Source of the DNA: a bacterium
Lineage (GTDB): Bacteria; Patescibacteriota; Minisyncoccia; UBA6257; 2-01-FULL-56-20
Reading direction: 5' to 3'
Assembly (NCBI GenBank): GCA_027310625.1
Contig: DAIDAM010000002.1
Location: forward strand, 1,123 to 65,122
Length of the DNA: 64,000 nucleotides
A program made the position numbers and the translations under genes. Below, one piece after another: positions 1-10,472 of this stretch. A model generated the notes under the pieces. That model saw only the letters and a program-made list of their open reading frames with translations. It had not been told where the DNA came from and searched no databases. The first letter of the stretch is position 1; each line of letters opens with the position of its first letter.

Positions 1-1123
1 TCGCGAAGACCCCGAGCGACGGGTCGCTGATTTTTTGCCCAATGAGGTCGCGGAGCGCCGGCGGTTTTCCCGAAGACGAGGAATAAGCCGAAGCGGCCTG
101 AGAGTTTGTAGCCGCGAAGACAACGAAATTCCACGCCGCCGCGGCGTTTCTCGATTGCTTTGAAACCGCCAATCCCCAGTAGTAAGCATAGTTGACGGAG
201 TTGAACGACGTCGTCTGCGGCATGGGAGCGATTCCCATTCTCAAGAACGGACTTTTGTTCTTTATTTTCGCCACGTCCGCGCCGTACCCGAAGACCATTG
301 CCGTTTTTCCCGCGGCGAAGCCGTCAAAATCATTCGGCTGGCTATCGTTCCACGTGTAATAGTTTGACGAGGGATTGGCGAACTGAAGATAGAAATTGAA
401 GGCATTCGCTCCGTTTTCGGAAGCGAACGAAGCGTTATTCCCTGAAAGCATCGTTGTGCCGTTCTGGAAGATGAGATTGTTCAAAACGTCAACGGCGTTA
501 GTGATTGTTTTTTGCGAACCGCCGATGGCGGCGCCCGCTCTTGTTATCTCTCCGTTCGGCGAAATCGCGCGCAGTTTTGCGACCGCGTCTTCAAAGTCGC
601 TCCACGTCGCTGGCGGACCGACGACGCCGCCCTGGTCGAAAAGGTCTTTATTATAAATGAGAGCGAGTGTGTCGAAGTAAAGCGGAAGCGCGAAAATTTG
701 CTCCTGCGCGGTTCCGACTCCCGCCCCGAAATCAGTCTCGACTTCCGCAGGGAATAAATCCTGAACCTGCCCGGCGCTCAGCTGTGAGGGCGAAGCGGGG
801 TAAAGCGCCTTTATCAATTTTCCGAGTTGTCTGTTGTAAATCGGGAAAACGTCGGGACCCTGGCCAGACGCGAGCGCTCCCAAAAGATAATTTTCGTAGT
901 CGGCTGTTTTTATTTCTTTGTAGGAGATTTCAACATTCGGGCGGAGTTGTTTGTAGGCGCCGATCACCGGAGAAAAAACCTCGCCCTTGTCAAAACCCCA
1001 CACCAGAAGCGAAATTTTTTCTTTTCCGCTCGGCTGGCGGTTGAAAAAAACGAGAAGAGCGACGAGAGCGACGACGGCTAAAATCGCGCCTATGATTATT
1101 ATTTGCTTTTGGGAAAAATTCAT
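1..1123 (-). CDS. extracellular solute-binding protein of an ABC transporter (family 1-like). Only the 5' part is in the window; the gene continues past position 1.
   Basis: My own reverse-complement translation from the ATG at 1123 gives MNFSQKQIIIIGAILAVVALVALLVFFNRQPSGKEKISLLVWGFDKGEV..., a signal anchor followed by periplasmic-binding-protein-like sequence. The six-frame ORF track does not list it because it runs off the window edge. Confidence 0.55.
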   Translation of the reverse strand, partial: MNFSQKQIIIIGAILAVVALVALLVFFNRQPSGKEKISLLVWGFDKGEVFSPVIGAYKQLRPNVEISYKEIKTADYENYLLGALASGQGPDVFPIYNRQLGKLIKALYPASPSQLSAGQVQDLFPAEVETDFGAGVGTAQEQIFALPLYFDTLALIYNKDLFDQGGVVGPPATWSDFEDAVAKLRAISPNGEITRAGAAIGGSQKTITNAVDVLNNLIFQNGTTMLSGNNASFASENGANAFNFYLQFANPSSNYYTWNDSQPNDFDGFAAGKTAMVFGYGADVAKIKNKSPFLRMGIAPMPQTTSFNSVNYAYYWGLAVSKQSRNAAAAWNFVVFAATNSQAASAYSSSSGKPPALRDLIGQKISDPSLGVFA

Positions 1124-1191
1124 TTATCAAATCTGAAATCTTAAATCTGAAATCTGAAACCTTTCAAATTTCGTGCTTCAAATTTCGGATT

Positions 1192-3789
1192 TTAAATTAC
1201 AACTATTCCGGCAATTTTGTCTCCCTGTTTGAGGTTCATTATCCTCACTCCCTGCGCCGAGCGCCCCGTTGTCCTCACGTCGGAAATTTTCGTTTTTATC
1301 ACCTGCCCTTTTTCCGAAAGCGCCAGAAGTTCGGTCTCGCCGGAGATTACCCGCAGAGAAACGAGATGGCCGGTTTTTGCGGTAATGTTCGCCGTTTTTA
1401 TTCCCGAGCCGCCGCGGTTCTGAATTTTGTATTCTTTGAGCGGCGTCTGCTTGCCGAAACCGTTCGCCATCACCGCCAAAACCTTTGTCTCTGGTCTCTG
1501 GCCGCTTGTCTCTTTTCTAATTATATCAAACCCTGCGACCTCGTCGTCTTTCTTCAATTTTATCGCGCGCACGCCGGCGGCGGTTCGGGACATCGGGCGC
1601 GCCTGATTTTCCTTGAAGCGTATCGCCTGTCCGTTTTTCGTTCCGAGAATCAGCTGGTCGTTCCCGCTTGAAAGGCGAACCCACTTCAGCGCGTCGCCTT
1701 TCTTTCCGCCAGAGGCGGATCCGCCTTGGGCGGATAGCTTTATGGCGATGATTCCCGTCCGCCTGATGTTTTTGAAATCCTCCAACTTCGTTTTTTTGAT
1801 GACGCCGTTTTTGGTAATCATCATTAAATACGCGGACCGACGCTGACTTAACGCTGACTCTCGCGGACTTTCTCCACTTCCGCGTTGTTCTGCGTTCAGT
1901 CCGCGCTTGTCTGCGTAGGAGACCACGGCGCTGACGTTCTCGTCCGCCGGCAGTTCCAAGAAATTGTGTATCGCGCGTCCTTTGGAAACGCGGCTGGCGG
2001 CGGGGATTTCGTAAACCTTCGTTTGAAAAACTCTTCCTTTGTCGGTGAAGAAAAGAACGTTGTCGTGCGTGTGGGCGGCGAAAAACTGCGAGATGAAATC
2101 TTCTTCGCCGACCTCCGAGCCGATGAGTCCTTTCCCTCCGCGCTTTTGCGTCCTGAATGCGCCCGGCGGCAGACGTTTGATGTAGCCGCTCGCCGAGAGC
2201 GTTATCACCGCTTCCTCTTCGGGAACCAAGTCCTCTTCGCTGAAAGTTTTCACTCCGCCGGCGACGACCGCTGTTTTTCTCCCGCCCTCCCAAATTTTGC
2301 CGCTTGCCCCACTAAATTTGCTTGGCAAATTTTGAGGGGTGAATGAAACTTGGGAGGGTGAACCGCCGTATTTTTCCTTCAGTTCCGCCACTTCCTTTTT
2401 TACGATGCCGACGATTTTCGCCGGGCTTTTCAAAATGATGCCGAGTTCCTTTATGAGTGCGAGTTTTTCCTTCAGTTCGTCCTCGATTTTTTGTCGTTCG
2501 AGAGCGGCGAGCGTCTGCAGTTTCATTTCGAGGATGGCGTTCGCCTGAATTTCGCTCAACTTGAATTGTTTGACGAGGTTTTGGTGCGCGTCGTTTCTGT
2601 CCTTAGATTTTTTTATCGTCGCGATGACTCTGTCTATTGAACCAAGCGCCTTATGAAGTCCTTCAAGAATGTGCGCCCGCTCCTCCGCTTTTTTCAGTTC
2701 AAACTCCGTCCGTTTTCTGACGACTTTTTTTCTGTGTTCGAAATACGCCGAGATGACGTCTTTTAAAGTCATCAGCTGCGGTTGGATGCCGTCCGCGAGC
2801 GCAATCATATTCATATGAAAATATTTTTGAAGGTCGGTGTGCTGATAAAGTTGATTCAGAACTTTCTGCGGATTGGCGTCGGTTTTGAGCTCGATGACGA
2901 TGCGCAGTCCCTCGCGGTCGGATTCGTCGCGGATGTCGCGTATCCCCTCGATTTTTTTGTTCTGCACGAGGTCGGCGATGTGTTTGATGAGTTCCGCTTT
3001 GTTTACCTGATAGGGAATTTCGGTGACGACGATGTCGTATTGCCTGTTTTTTCTTTCCTGAATGTCGGTTTTCGCCCGCGTCAGAATCGGCCCCTTGCCG
3101 GAAACGTACGCTTCGCGAATCGCTTTCTGGTCGAAAATTATTCCGCCAGTCGGAAAGTCGGGACCCTTGATGAATTTCAGAAGGTCGTCGGAGTCGGCGT
3201 CGGGATTGTCGGCGAAGTAAATCACGGCGTCGGCGACTTCCCCGATGTTGTGCGGCGGAATGTTCGTCGCCATGCCGACGGCGATGCCCACCGTGCCGTT
3301 CAAAAGGAGATTGGGGAGTTTCGCCGGCAGAACTTTCGGTTCCTGCCTCGTGGTGTCGTAGTTCGGCTGCCATTCAACCGTTTCCTTTTCAATATCCGCG
3401 AGCATTTCCTCGCTTATTTTGGAAAGTTTCGCCTCCGTGTATCTCATTGCCGCCGGAGCGTCGCCGTCAACGCTGCCGAAATTTCCCTGACCGGTCACAA
3501 GGGGATATCTCAGCGACCATTCCTGAACCATTCTCGCAAGAGTGTCGTAAATGGAAGCGTCGCCGTGCGGATGGTAGCGGGCCATGGTTTCGCCGACCAC
3601 GTTCGCGGACTTTCTCGTTTTGGCGAGATGCGTCAAGCCGCTGTCCCACATCGCCCAGAGAATTCTTCTCTGCACCGGCTTCAGTCCGTCGCGGACGTCG
3701 GGCAGAGCGCGGCTGACGATGACCGACATCGCATAGTCGAGGTACGATTCCTGAAGCTCCGTTGTTATTTCGCGTTTTTGAATGGGCAT
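1192..3789 (-). CDS. gyrA: DNA gyrase subunit A
   Basis: 865 aa. The N-terminus has [26 protein letters not shown] and [10 protein letters not shown], which are catalytic-region hallmarks of GyrA, and the C-terminal pinwheel repeats are present. Confidence 0.95.
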   Translation of the reverse strand: MPIQKREITTELQESYLDYAMSVIVSRALPDVRDGLKPVQRRILWAMWDSGLTHLAKTRKSANVVGETMARYHPHGDASIYDTLARMVQEWSLRYPLVTGQGNFGSVDGDAPAAMRYTEAKLSKISEEMLADIEKETVEWQPNYDTTRQEPKVLPAKLPNLLLNGTVGIAVGMATNIPPHNIGEVADAVIYFADNPDADSDDLLKFIKGPDFPTGGIIFDQKAIREAYVSGKGPILTRAKTDIQERKNRQYDIVVTEIPYQVNKAELIKHIADLVQNKKIEGIRDIRDESDREGLRIVIELKTDANPQKVLNQLYQHTDLQKYFHMNMIALADGIQPQLMTLKDVISAYFEHRKKVVRKRTEFELKKAEERAHILEGLHKALGSIDRVIATIKKSKDRNDAHQNLVKQFKLSEIQANAILEMKLQTLAALERQKIEDELKEKLALIKELGIILKSPAKIVGIVKKEVAELKEKYGGSPSQVSFTPQNLPSKFSGASGKIWEGGRKTAVVAGGVKTFSEEDLVPEEEAVITLSASGYIKRLPPGAFRTQKRGGKGLIGSEVGEEDFISQFFAAHTHDNVLFFTDKGRVFQTKVYEIPAASRVSKGRAIHNFLELPADENVSAVVSYADKRGLNAEQRGSGESPRESALSQRRSAYLMMITKNGVIKKTKLEDFKNIRRTGIIAIKLSAQGGSASGGKKGDALKWVRLSSGNDQLILGTKNGQAIRFKENQARPMSRTAAGVRAIKLKKDDEVAGFDIIRKETSGQRPETKVLAVMANGFGKQTPLKEYKIQNRGGSGIKTANITAKTGHLVSLRVISGETELLALSEKGQVIKTKISDVRTTGRSAQGVRIMNLKQGDKIAGIVVI

Positions 3790-3868
3790 AGATTAGACAT
3801 TAGACATCAGTTATCAGACATCAAAAGTTATTCTAATTACTGATTACTGATGACTGATTATTATTAAC
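3790..3868. repeat. ~78-bp ATCAG/CTGAT-motif hairpin-forming intergenic repeat, copy 1
   Basis: Sequence gattagacattagacatcagttatcagacatca...ttactgattactgatgactgatta. The two arms are imperfect reverse complements. It is near-identical to 4166-4238. Confidence 0.6.
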
Positions 3869-4165
3869 TCAGGGCTTAATGATGTAACTCGTCGGCTGAA
3901 GAATGAAATCAACGACGCTTTTTATCGCGCCGCCGATTGTTTTTACCACTATCGCAAGACCGGCTTTGAACGTTTCAAAAAAGGCGAGCCCGTTGCCCCC
4001 TCCAATGTTTTGCTGTTCCGCCGGGCTCACAGGACCGAGAAGGGAGTTGAAATACTTCAGCCACAAAAAAACTACCACCGCTATCGCCACGCCGGAAAAT
4101 ACAAAAAGCCATTTCCTTTTTTCGGCGTCGTCGCTTTCCTGAATTTTTTTCAAAAAATCGTTCAT
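3869..4165 (-). CDS. small membrane protein, hypothetical
   Basis: 98-aa ORF with one hydrophobic helix (FVFSGVAIAVVVFLWL), located between gyrA and the MBL hydrolase gene on the same strand. Confidence 0.45.
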   Translation of the reverse strand: MNDFLKKIQESDDAEKRKWLFVFSGVAIAVVVFLWLKYFNSLLGPVSPAEQQNIGGGNGLAFFETFKAGLAIVVKTIGGAIKSVVDFILQPTSYIIKP

Positions 4166-4238
4166 TTTAGATTAGACATCAGACATCAGTAATCAGACAT
4201 TAGAAGTTTTAACCCTGATTTCTGATGACTGATTACTA
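4166..4238. repeat. ATCAG/CTGAT-motif intergenic repeat, copy 2
   Basis: Sequence gattagacatcagacatcagtaatcagacat...ctgatttctgatgactgattactattaac. It aligns with 3790-3868 along its whole length. Confidence 0.6.
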
Positions 4239-4799
4239 TTAACTGGCTTTCAGTATCACCGCCTTGTTTTTCATATTCTCCAAATCCTTTTTCTTGAAGA
4301 CGAATTTTTCCTGAACATCCGCTTTCTGCCCGAGCGCTTTTGCGAGCGCATCGGGCTTTTTTGAAAAGCTCGGTATCACCGCCGCCGGTTCCATTTTTTT
4401 CACGAGCTTCGCCGCGTCTTCCTCCGACAAAAAATGTTCGCCGACGGGAACGAAAAGCACGTCCTGTTCACTCAATTCTTCGGCGATTTCCGGTTCCAGT
4501 CCGTTTGAAAGATGGCCGAGAAAAACGAAACTTAAACCCTCCCATTTCACGAGATAAACCGACTTTATGAATTTCGCGGTTGATTCTTTCGTCACAGGCC
4601 AGCCGCGCACCTGCATGTCTTTTGCTTCATATTCTCCCGGGAAACCGATTTCGTTTTCAGTGGGCATTTCCGCCTCCGGCGAAGCGATCGTCCTTAAAAC
4701 AACGTCGCCTTTGAGGCGGTTGCTGTTCGGGTCAACAAGAAGCGAAACATCCCCGCTCTGCAATCGGAAACACCCGTCGCCGAAGTAATTGATAACCAT
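4239..4799 (-). CDS. MBL-fold metal-dependent hydrolase (UlaG/UPF0173-like)
   Basis: 186 aa. The N-terminal GDGCFRLQSGDVSLLVDP is a typical metallo-beta-lactamase-fold start. Confidence 0.6.
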   Translation of the reverse strand: MVINYFGDGCFRLQSGDVSLLVDPNSNRLKGDVVLRTIASPEAEMPTENEIGFPGEYEAKDMQVRGWPVTKESTAKFIKSVYLVKWEGLSFVFLGHLSNGLEPEIAEELSEQDVLFVPVGEHFLSEEDAAKLVKKMEPAAVIPSFSKKPDALAKALGQKADVQEKFVFKKKDLENMKNKAVILKAS

Positions 4800-4884
4800 G
4801 ATTTTATGCTGAATTACCGCTCAATTTTACCCCAAAAAACAATTGATTTCAAATGAAAAATCGCGAAAATTTAGTACGCCCTTG

Positions 4885-5685
4885 TTATTTTTTCGCGGTT
4901 AAAAAGAACAATTCCCAGCCAAGTTCATAATGGCTGCCGACTTTCTTAAATCCGAGATACTTTTTGGCAATTGAAAACGATTCCTCTTTAGCGCATCTTG
5001 CGTTGTGTATGGTGTGAATAAAGTTTTTCGCTTCTTTTACAGATGAAAACCTCCATGGGACATAAGCAATTTTCACTTTTACATTCTCAAACCCTGCGTT
5101 TTTAACCGCTTTTACCAATTCTTTTTTCTTGAAGAAATTGTGCGGATGACCAAGAGGGAAGCAATGTTTCGGGTCATCTATAGAATGGAAATATTTTTGT
5201 GAAATTGTGCCGTGTAGCACGTCGCCAATGACTAATCTGCCGCCCTTTTTGAGGTTTCTATAGAAATACTTCAGCGCTTTTTTTCTTCCGTGGTCTCCCG
5301 TGCCCCTTCTGTCAAAGTGGTGGAGCGTAGCAAGAGACGTAACGACGTCAAAGAGATTTTCATATTTTTTTCCGCTGAGAAACGGTTTTTTAGGGGATAG
5401 TAGGATTACTTTTATATTCAAATTTTTTCTTTTACTTTTTTTAATTGCTTCTTTTATGCTGCCCGCGTCCACGTCTGTCGTTATAATTTCGCCGTTTTTC
5501 CCGACCGCCTTAGCCAAGGGAAGCGCAAGATAGCCGTTGCCTGTGCCGACTTCCCAGATTTTCATACATCTTTCCGGGGCAACCAATGAGAAAATCTTTT
5601 TAAATTCGTTTTCTCTTGCGTGCGGTTTTTCGGAATTCGCCTTTCTGTAATTTTTCCACCTAACCTTTATTTCTTTCGTTGTCAT
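4885..5685 (-). CDS. class I SAM-dependent methyltransferase
   Basis: Motif I VGTGNGYLALPLA plus RLVIGDV. The track ORF extends to 5787, but an internal ATG (MTTKEIKV..., at 5685) is the more plausible start. Confidence 0.65.
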   Translation of the reverse strand: MTTKEIKVRWKNYRKANSEKPHARENEFKKIFSLVAPERCMKIWEVGTGNGYLALPLAKAVGKNGEIITTDVDAGSIKEAIKKSKRKNLNIKVILLSPKKPFLSGKKYENLFDVVTSLATLHHFDRRGTGDHGRKKALKYFYRNLKKGGRLVIGDVLHGTISQKYFHSIDDPKHCFPLGHPHNFFKKKELVKAVKNAGFENVKVKIAYVPWRFSSVKEAKNFIHTIHNARCAKEESFSIAKKYLGFKKVGSHYELGWELFFLTAKK

Positions 5686-5768
5686 AACTTTAATCTCTAC
5701 CCTAACTTCCGCAATAAAACAAGCACCCCTCCTTTTTTTATCCGTCGAGGGAGTGTAAAATTTGTGCG

Positions 5769-7034
5769 ATGCCTGCGATAAAAACAATTCCGGAACTCTT
5801 GTCTTTTGTCTGGGATAATCCCCATTCCGATTTCTACAAAAAAAAGTACGAAGCTGCTGGTTTCACAAAGGGAAACGTTCTCAAGCCCGACAATTTCGCG
5901 AAGCTCCCGCCGCTTATTCGCGCCGAGCTTGAATCAACGCCGCCCGATGAGCGACTCTTCGTAAAAAAAGAAGACGTTGAATTCGTCGCCTATACGTCGG
6001 GAACGACAAGCGGAAATCCGCTCGTGATTTATTTTTCGGAGATAGAAAACCACTATTTTGATCCCACGCTCGGGACAGACGCTAGGCGAATTCTTGTAGT
6101 GCATCCTCCTTTGGCGAGGAATTTCGGACACACTTTTGTGAAGCAATGCCGCCAGGCGAAAAACAAGTGCACCCCGATTTTCGCCGACTTCCAGAATCTC
6201 TTAAACAGCGCTGTCATCGCCGCAAAAGTAAAAGCGGACGCAATTTGCACGCTTCCGACCCTGGCTTTCGATTTGGCGAAGCACATTGAGAAATACTACG
6301 ACCCGAAAGCGATAAAGCTCATCATCGTTTCTTCGGAAACCCTTACTGCGGCAAAGCGCGAGATTCTTGCGGAAAAATTCCCGAATGCCAAAATCGCAAA
6401 CGTCTACGGCAACGCGGAAGTCGGCCAGTTTTTTTTCTATCCCTGCAAGAAAATGATGGACGAAAAAAGCGACAAATTTCACGTTCTCAATCCTCCGATT
6501 ATGAAAACGGAGCTGGTGAACGGCGAACTTGTGATAACGTGCGCTAACAATCTTGCGACTCCGCTGATTCGCTATCGTACGGGCGACTATTTTGAGATTG
6601 TGGAAGAGAATTGTTCATGCGGAACCCCCGGACCGGTTCTCGCCATGTCCGGTCGCGACAAAATTGACAGACTTCGGATAGGAGGCGTGGAAATAAAAGT
6701 CGCCGACGTTGAAAAAATCTTTATGCCGATTCTCAATCTTACCGGCGACAAGTACCAACTCCACTTTTACGAAGTAGACAGCGATTCCGGGTTGAAAGTA
6801 AAGACGGTTGTAGAGATTTTGAAGGAAAGCAAGCCGGCGATGTTTTCGGAAAGCGACATCAGTTCTTCAATTTTGAAGCACCTTTTGGATAATTGGGTTC
6901 TCGCTCCCGGAACAACGTTGAGGAACGCTGTGGACAAAGGCAGTTTCACGTTTCCTGAAATAAAATTCGTTGATGAGTTTTCGCTCAAGAGCGGTAAAAT
7001 GAGACGGCTCGTCGGACACTTTGATGAAAAATAA
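5769..7034 (+). CDS. adenylate-forming enzyme of the phenylacetate-CoA ligase (PaaK) / F390 synthetase / CapK-like family
   Basis: 421 aa. It has the AMP-binding P-loop-like YTSGTTSGNPL and a PaaK-like C-terminal part. The substrate cannot be assigned from sequence. Confidence 0.65.
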   Translation: MPAIKTIPELLSFVWDNPHSDFYKKKYEAAGFTKGNVLKPDNFAKLPPLIRAELESTPPDERLFVKKEDVEFVAYTSGTTSGNPLVIYFSEIENHYFDPTLGTDARRILVVHPPLARNFGHTFVKQCRQAKNKCTPIFADFQNLLNSAVIAAKVKADAICTLPTLAFDLAKHIEKYYDPKAIKLIIVSSETLTAAKREILAEKFPNAKIANVYGNAEVGQFFFYPCKKMMDEKSDKFHVLNPPIMKTELVNGELVITCANNLATPLIRYRTGDYFEIVEENCSCGTPGPVLAMSGRDKIDRLRIGGVEIKVADVEKIFMPILNLTGDKYQLHFYEVDSDSGLKVKTVVEILKESKPAMFSESDISSSILKHLLDNWVLAPGTTLRNAVDKGSFTFPEIKFVDEFSLKSGKMRRLVGHFDEK

Positions 7035-8616
7035 TATCAAAGAATTTTTGGAAAAAAGGCCGCTGATTCTTCCTGTTGCGTCGGCGATTCTTTTGGTTGC
7101 CTCGTCTTACCCCTTTGATTTGTGGCCGCTGTCCATTGTTGCGCTCGCGCCATATTTTTACTTCATATATTTTTCCGAAAAAATTTCACTTAAAACGTTA
7201 TTCTTCGGAGGTTTTCTTTTTGGCTTCATTGTCGCGATTTCGCTCTCGTATTTCTCAATATTTCAGTTTCATTGGCTTCCGGAAACATATCTTTTTGTAT
7301 GGGCATTCAGGTTCGCCGGATTGCCGATATCGCTGGTGGCGGGATTGATTTCGGGGATTTTCTTGTCCGTAGTGCCGCGTTTTCTGAGAATCAATTTGGT
7401 TTTTGATATTTTTACAACATCGGTTTTCTACGCACTGGCAGAATATCTTGTAAATCAACTTTTCTTCGGCTACAACCTGGCGCGAATATCGTATCCACTT
7501 CATAACATTCCTTTCGTCGTCGGTATGGCGAGTATCGGCGGCGTGATTCTCTCGTCTTTTATGGTCGCGCTAGTGAATGCTTTCGTCGCCGCGTTTTTTG
7601 TTGTTCGGGGAAATGCGGGGAAATATCCCGGATACGGAAAGAAGCTCGCTTTTTCATTTGCCGTTACTTTTCTTGTATTCGCGGCAATTTATTCCTTGAA
7701 CTACGCGCGACTTAATGGCTTGCAGGCGGAGAAAAAAGAAGCGACTTTTGCGGTTATACAATTCGGCAGCAAGGGCGAGAAATTCGGCGAGTTCAAAAAC
7801 GGAAATTTCGAATTTCCGGAACTTCAAAAATATGTTTTGGAAGCGCAGAAATTAAACCCCGATTTCATAGTTTATCCGTTCAGTTTGACGGGCAACGTTG
7901 TCCCTTTTGAAGAAAGAAACAAATTTTTGGGCGACAGAGGAATAATTATTAAGGGGAGCATGTCGAAAATAGGCGACTGGCTGAAAAACATCGTTTCTTC
8001 AAGCACAGTTTTTGTTTCTTGGAACAACGTTGTCCGCGACGGCATTTATGGGGAGGTTGATTTCTGGCAGGACGGAAAAGTTATTCAGAGTTACAACAAG
8101 CGGAACATATTCCCTTTCATTGACTATACGCCAGAATTTTCAAAAAAAATCGGGCTTTACACGGTGCCGATAAACATGACGCCCGGTCCTCGCGGCCAGG
8201 TTTCCAAAATCGGCGATTTGAGTTTTAATACTTTGATTTGCTCGGAAATAACAAGTCCGGTTTTGGCGCGCGAGGGCGGGGCGAATATACTCATTTCCCC
8301 CGGTTCGGAAGCGGTTTTCCGAGGAAGCACGATGGGTTACGTTGATTTGGTGTCGGCGCAGTTCCGCGCGGCGGAAAACTATGCGCCGGCGGTGAGGGCG
8401 AACCGCTTCGGCCCCTCGGCGCTGATTGATTCGAGCGGGATGATTGTTAAAAAAATGGATTACGACGAAGAAGGAATTTTATTAGGGAAAGTTGGTTACC
8501 AAAAAAATGGTTCTTCAACTTTATATTCAAGATGGGGCGATGCAGCGCCCGTTGCCGCGGGACTTATTTTCCTGGCAATCGCGGCGATGTTGAAGATGCG
8601 GAGAAAAGAAAATTAA
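7021..8616 (+). CDS. apolipoprotein N-acyltransferase-like protein (polytopic N-terminus fused to a carbon-nitrogen hydrolase domain)
   Basis: 531 aa. There are about 6-8 N-terminal transmembrane helices followed by a nitrilase-type domain with the candidate catalytic Cys in LICSEITSP. This is the Lnt architecture. Confidence 0.55.
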   Translation: MMKNNIKEFLEKRPLILPVASAILLVASSYPFDLWPLSIVALAPYFYFIYFSEKISLKTLFFGGFLFGFIVAISLSYFSIFQFHWLPETYLFVWAFRFAGLPISLVAGLISGIFLSVVPRFLRINLVFDIFTTSVFYALAEYLVNQLFFGYNLARISYPLHNIPFVVGMASIGGVILSSFMVALVNAFVAAFFVVRGNAGKYPGYGKKLAFSFAVTFLVFAAIYSLNYARLNGLQAEKKEATFAVIQFGSKGEKFGEFKNGNFEFPELQKYVLEAQKLNPDFIVYPFSLTGNVVPFEERNKFLGDRGIIIKGSMSKIGDWLKNIVSSSTVFVSWNNVVRDGIYGEVDFWQDGKVIQSYNKRNIFPFIDYTPEFSKKIGLYTVPINMTPGPRGQVSKIGDLSFNTLICSEITSPVLAREGGANILISPGSEAVFRGSTMGYVDLVSAQFRAAENYAPAVRANRFGPSALIDSSGMIVKKMDYDEEGILLGKVGYQKNGSSTLYSRWGDAAPVAAGLIFLAIAAMLKMRRKEN

Positions 8617-9266
8617 AACAATCTCGGGAAAATCGCTCCGTGCGGCATTTGGTTGAAATATGTTTCCCCCAGAGTTCCCGTGATTTCATTCTCTTCTTCA
8701 TCTGCTATTTTGTAGAGAACAGGAAGAACTATAAAAAATGCGGATAGAATTCCAAGCCAGTTCATAAACATCAAAGACGGTCCAAGCCAAATCAAAAAGA
8801 AGCCTAGATAAATCGGGTGCCTGATAAATTTGTATGGGCCGGTTCTGACGAGCATTTGGCTCGGAGGAACAACGGGGACGAATTTTCCTTTCCATACTCC
8901 GCCGAGATAATAATTGGAAACTATTGAAAGCAAAACGCCGAAGGTGAAAATTACAAGTCCTACATAAAGAAAGTATGGTTCCAAACTTTTTATTTTGATT
9001 GCTCCGGTTCCCGTCAAAAGGAAAGCGTAAAGCAACAAATGGAGAATTATTATAAGTTTTATAAGTCCCTTTCCGACGACGGGTGTTTCCGTGGCGGTTC
9101 GCATACCGCCCTTTTTTCTTGCACCCATCGCACCGACGAGAAACATGCCTAAAACATAAATCATAACCAAAACTAAGCTCGCGATTTTCGCAAATCTGTC
9201 TTCAAACAAGAATTGGATGCCGAAAATTTGTAATAAAAGCTCGTTCATTTTAGTGACTAGCGACAA
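8613..9266 (-). CDS. isoprenylcysteine carboxyl methyltransferase / phospholipid methyltransferase family membrane protein
   Basis: 217 aa with multiple transmembrane helices and the ICMT/PEMT signature GPYKFIRHPIYLG. Confidence 0.65.
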   Translation of the reverse strand: MSLVTKMNELLLQIFGIQFLFEDRFAKIASLVLVMIYVLGMFLVGAMGARKKGGMRTATETPVVGKGLIKLIIILHLLLYAFLLTGTGAIKIKSLEPYFLYVGLVIFTFGVLLSIVSNYYLGGVWKGKFVPVVPPSQMLVRTGPYKFIRHPIYLGFFLIWLGPSLMFMNWLGILSAFFIVLPVLYKIADEEENEITGTLGETYFNQMPHGAIFPRLF

Positions 9267-9296
9267 AGAAACCAGGGACTGGCTTCTTTTTTAGAT

Positions 9297-9488
9297 TTAG
9301 AGAATGGAATTGCAGCCGGGGAAATTAGGTTCCTCTTGCGCCACGGCGCAGTTCGGGGATTCGGCAACCTTTATCTTCTGGCTGTCCGCAAGCCCCTTTT
9401 TCACGAAATTCGCGGCCTTCTGGAAGAAAAGAGCGGCGACCGCAAACACAACTCCGGCGACGAGAATTATTTTTTTGATTTTTGTCAT
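9297..9488 (-). CDS. small signal-anchored protein, hypothetical
   Basis: 63 aa with N-terminal MTKIKKIILVAGVVFAVAALFF. Confidence 0.3.
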   Translation of the reverse strand: MTKIKKIILVAGVVFAVAALFFQKAANFVKKGLADSQKIKVAESPNCAVAQEEPNFPGCNSIL

Positions 9489-9540
9489 AGTGTTTACTGA
9501 TAATTGATGACCGATAACCGACCTTTGGAAATTAACTTGG

Positions 9541-10398
9541 TTATGGCGCGACTTCTCTTAAATTAATTTTCTTTATAGTGACGGTCGTTTGGTAATCGGC
9601 AGGTCCGCCGCGGCCTGTGCACGAAAGCGTGTACGTTGTTGTCTCTCTCGGCGCGACAGTCCTTGAACCACTTGAGGGATCCACGCTTCCTATTCCCTGA
9701 TCAATTGAACAAGAATCTGCGTTTTGACATCCCCAGGAGACGGATGTTGTCTGCGGCGGGATTATTGACGACGGGTTCGGAGAAAAACTGCAGACTGGAG
9801 GCGGCGGTGGCGGAGGAGGAGCACACCTTGATTCCGGAGGAGACGTAGTAAGTTCGGAGCCGTCTGGTCCAACACAGGAAGTGCAAACTATTCCTCCATC
9901 CTCGTTGTAGGAGTAATTCCACGTGCCCTGATAAGATTCTCCACATGAGTTAATTGGCCCGTAGCAGTTTCCGCCCGCGACGCACTGTGCCTGGGGAACA
10001 TTAGAGGTTTCCCCTGTGTAATCTCCGGAACCGTATGTAAGAAGTCCGGCGGCAGCAGATTCCCCGAATACAAGTGGAGCGCTAAGTGAAGTTTGAAGAG
10101 CATACAAGCCCGCGCCAGCTTCGTTAACTCCAACAAACACAAGAGACCCTTCTGAAAGCACCCCTGTATTTATTAATCCCTGCACTGCAACCACTCCGGT
10201 ACTCTCCGCCCCGCCTAGCGGTACTAATACTTCTGGACCGACTATCACTGCGGCTGCAATGAGGGCTATAGTTAAAAGGTCTGCATCTGCTGAGACGCCG
10301 ACAGGCATTATAAGTAGAGAAATGCTCAGAAACGAAGCAACTATTGTATAGTACATCCTGATCTTGTGGATATCTTTGATTGGTGAGATTGGTGACAT
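9541..10398 (-). CDS. secreted Gly/Ser/Cys-rich protein with a poly-proline tract, hypothetical
   Basis: 285 aa. A signal-peptide-like segment (MYYTIVASFLSISLLIMPVGVSADA), a PPPPPPPP stretch and many Cys residues. Confidence 0.5.
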   Translation of the reverse strand: MSPISPIKDIHKIRMYYTIVASFLSISLLIMPVGVSADADLLTIALIAAAVIVGPEVLVPLGGAESTGVVAVQGLINTGVLSEGSLVFVGVNEAGAGLYALQTSLSAPLVFGESAAAGLLTYGSGDYTGETSNVPQAQCVAGGNCYGPINSCGESYQGTWNYSYNEDGGIVCTSCVGPDGSELTTSPPESRCAPPPPPPPPVCSFSPNPSSIIPPQTTSVSWGCQNADSCSIDQGIGSVDPSSGSRTVAPRETTTYTLSCTGRGGPADYQTTVTIKKINLREVAP

Positions 10399-10472
10399 GT
10401 TTTAATGGTTATGCTAGGATTATACTGCATTAATAGCATTCATCTAGAAGTTTATTAACAACCCACCGTCTA

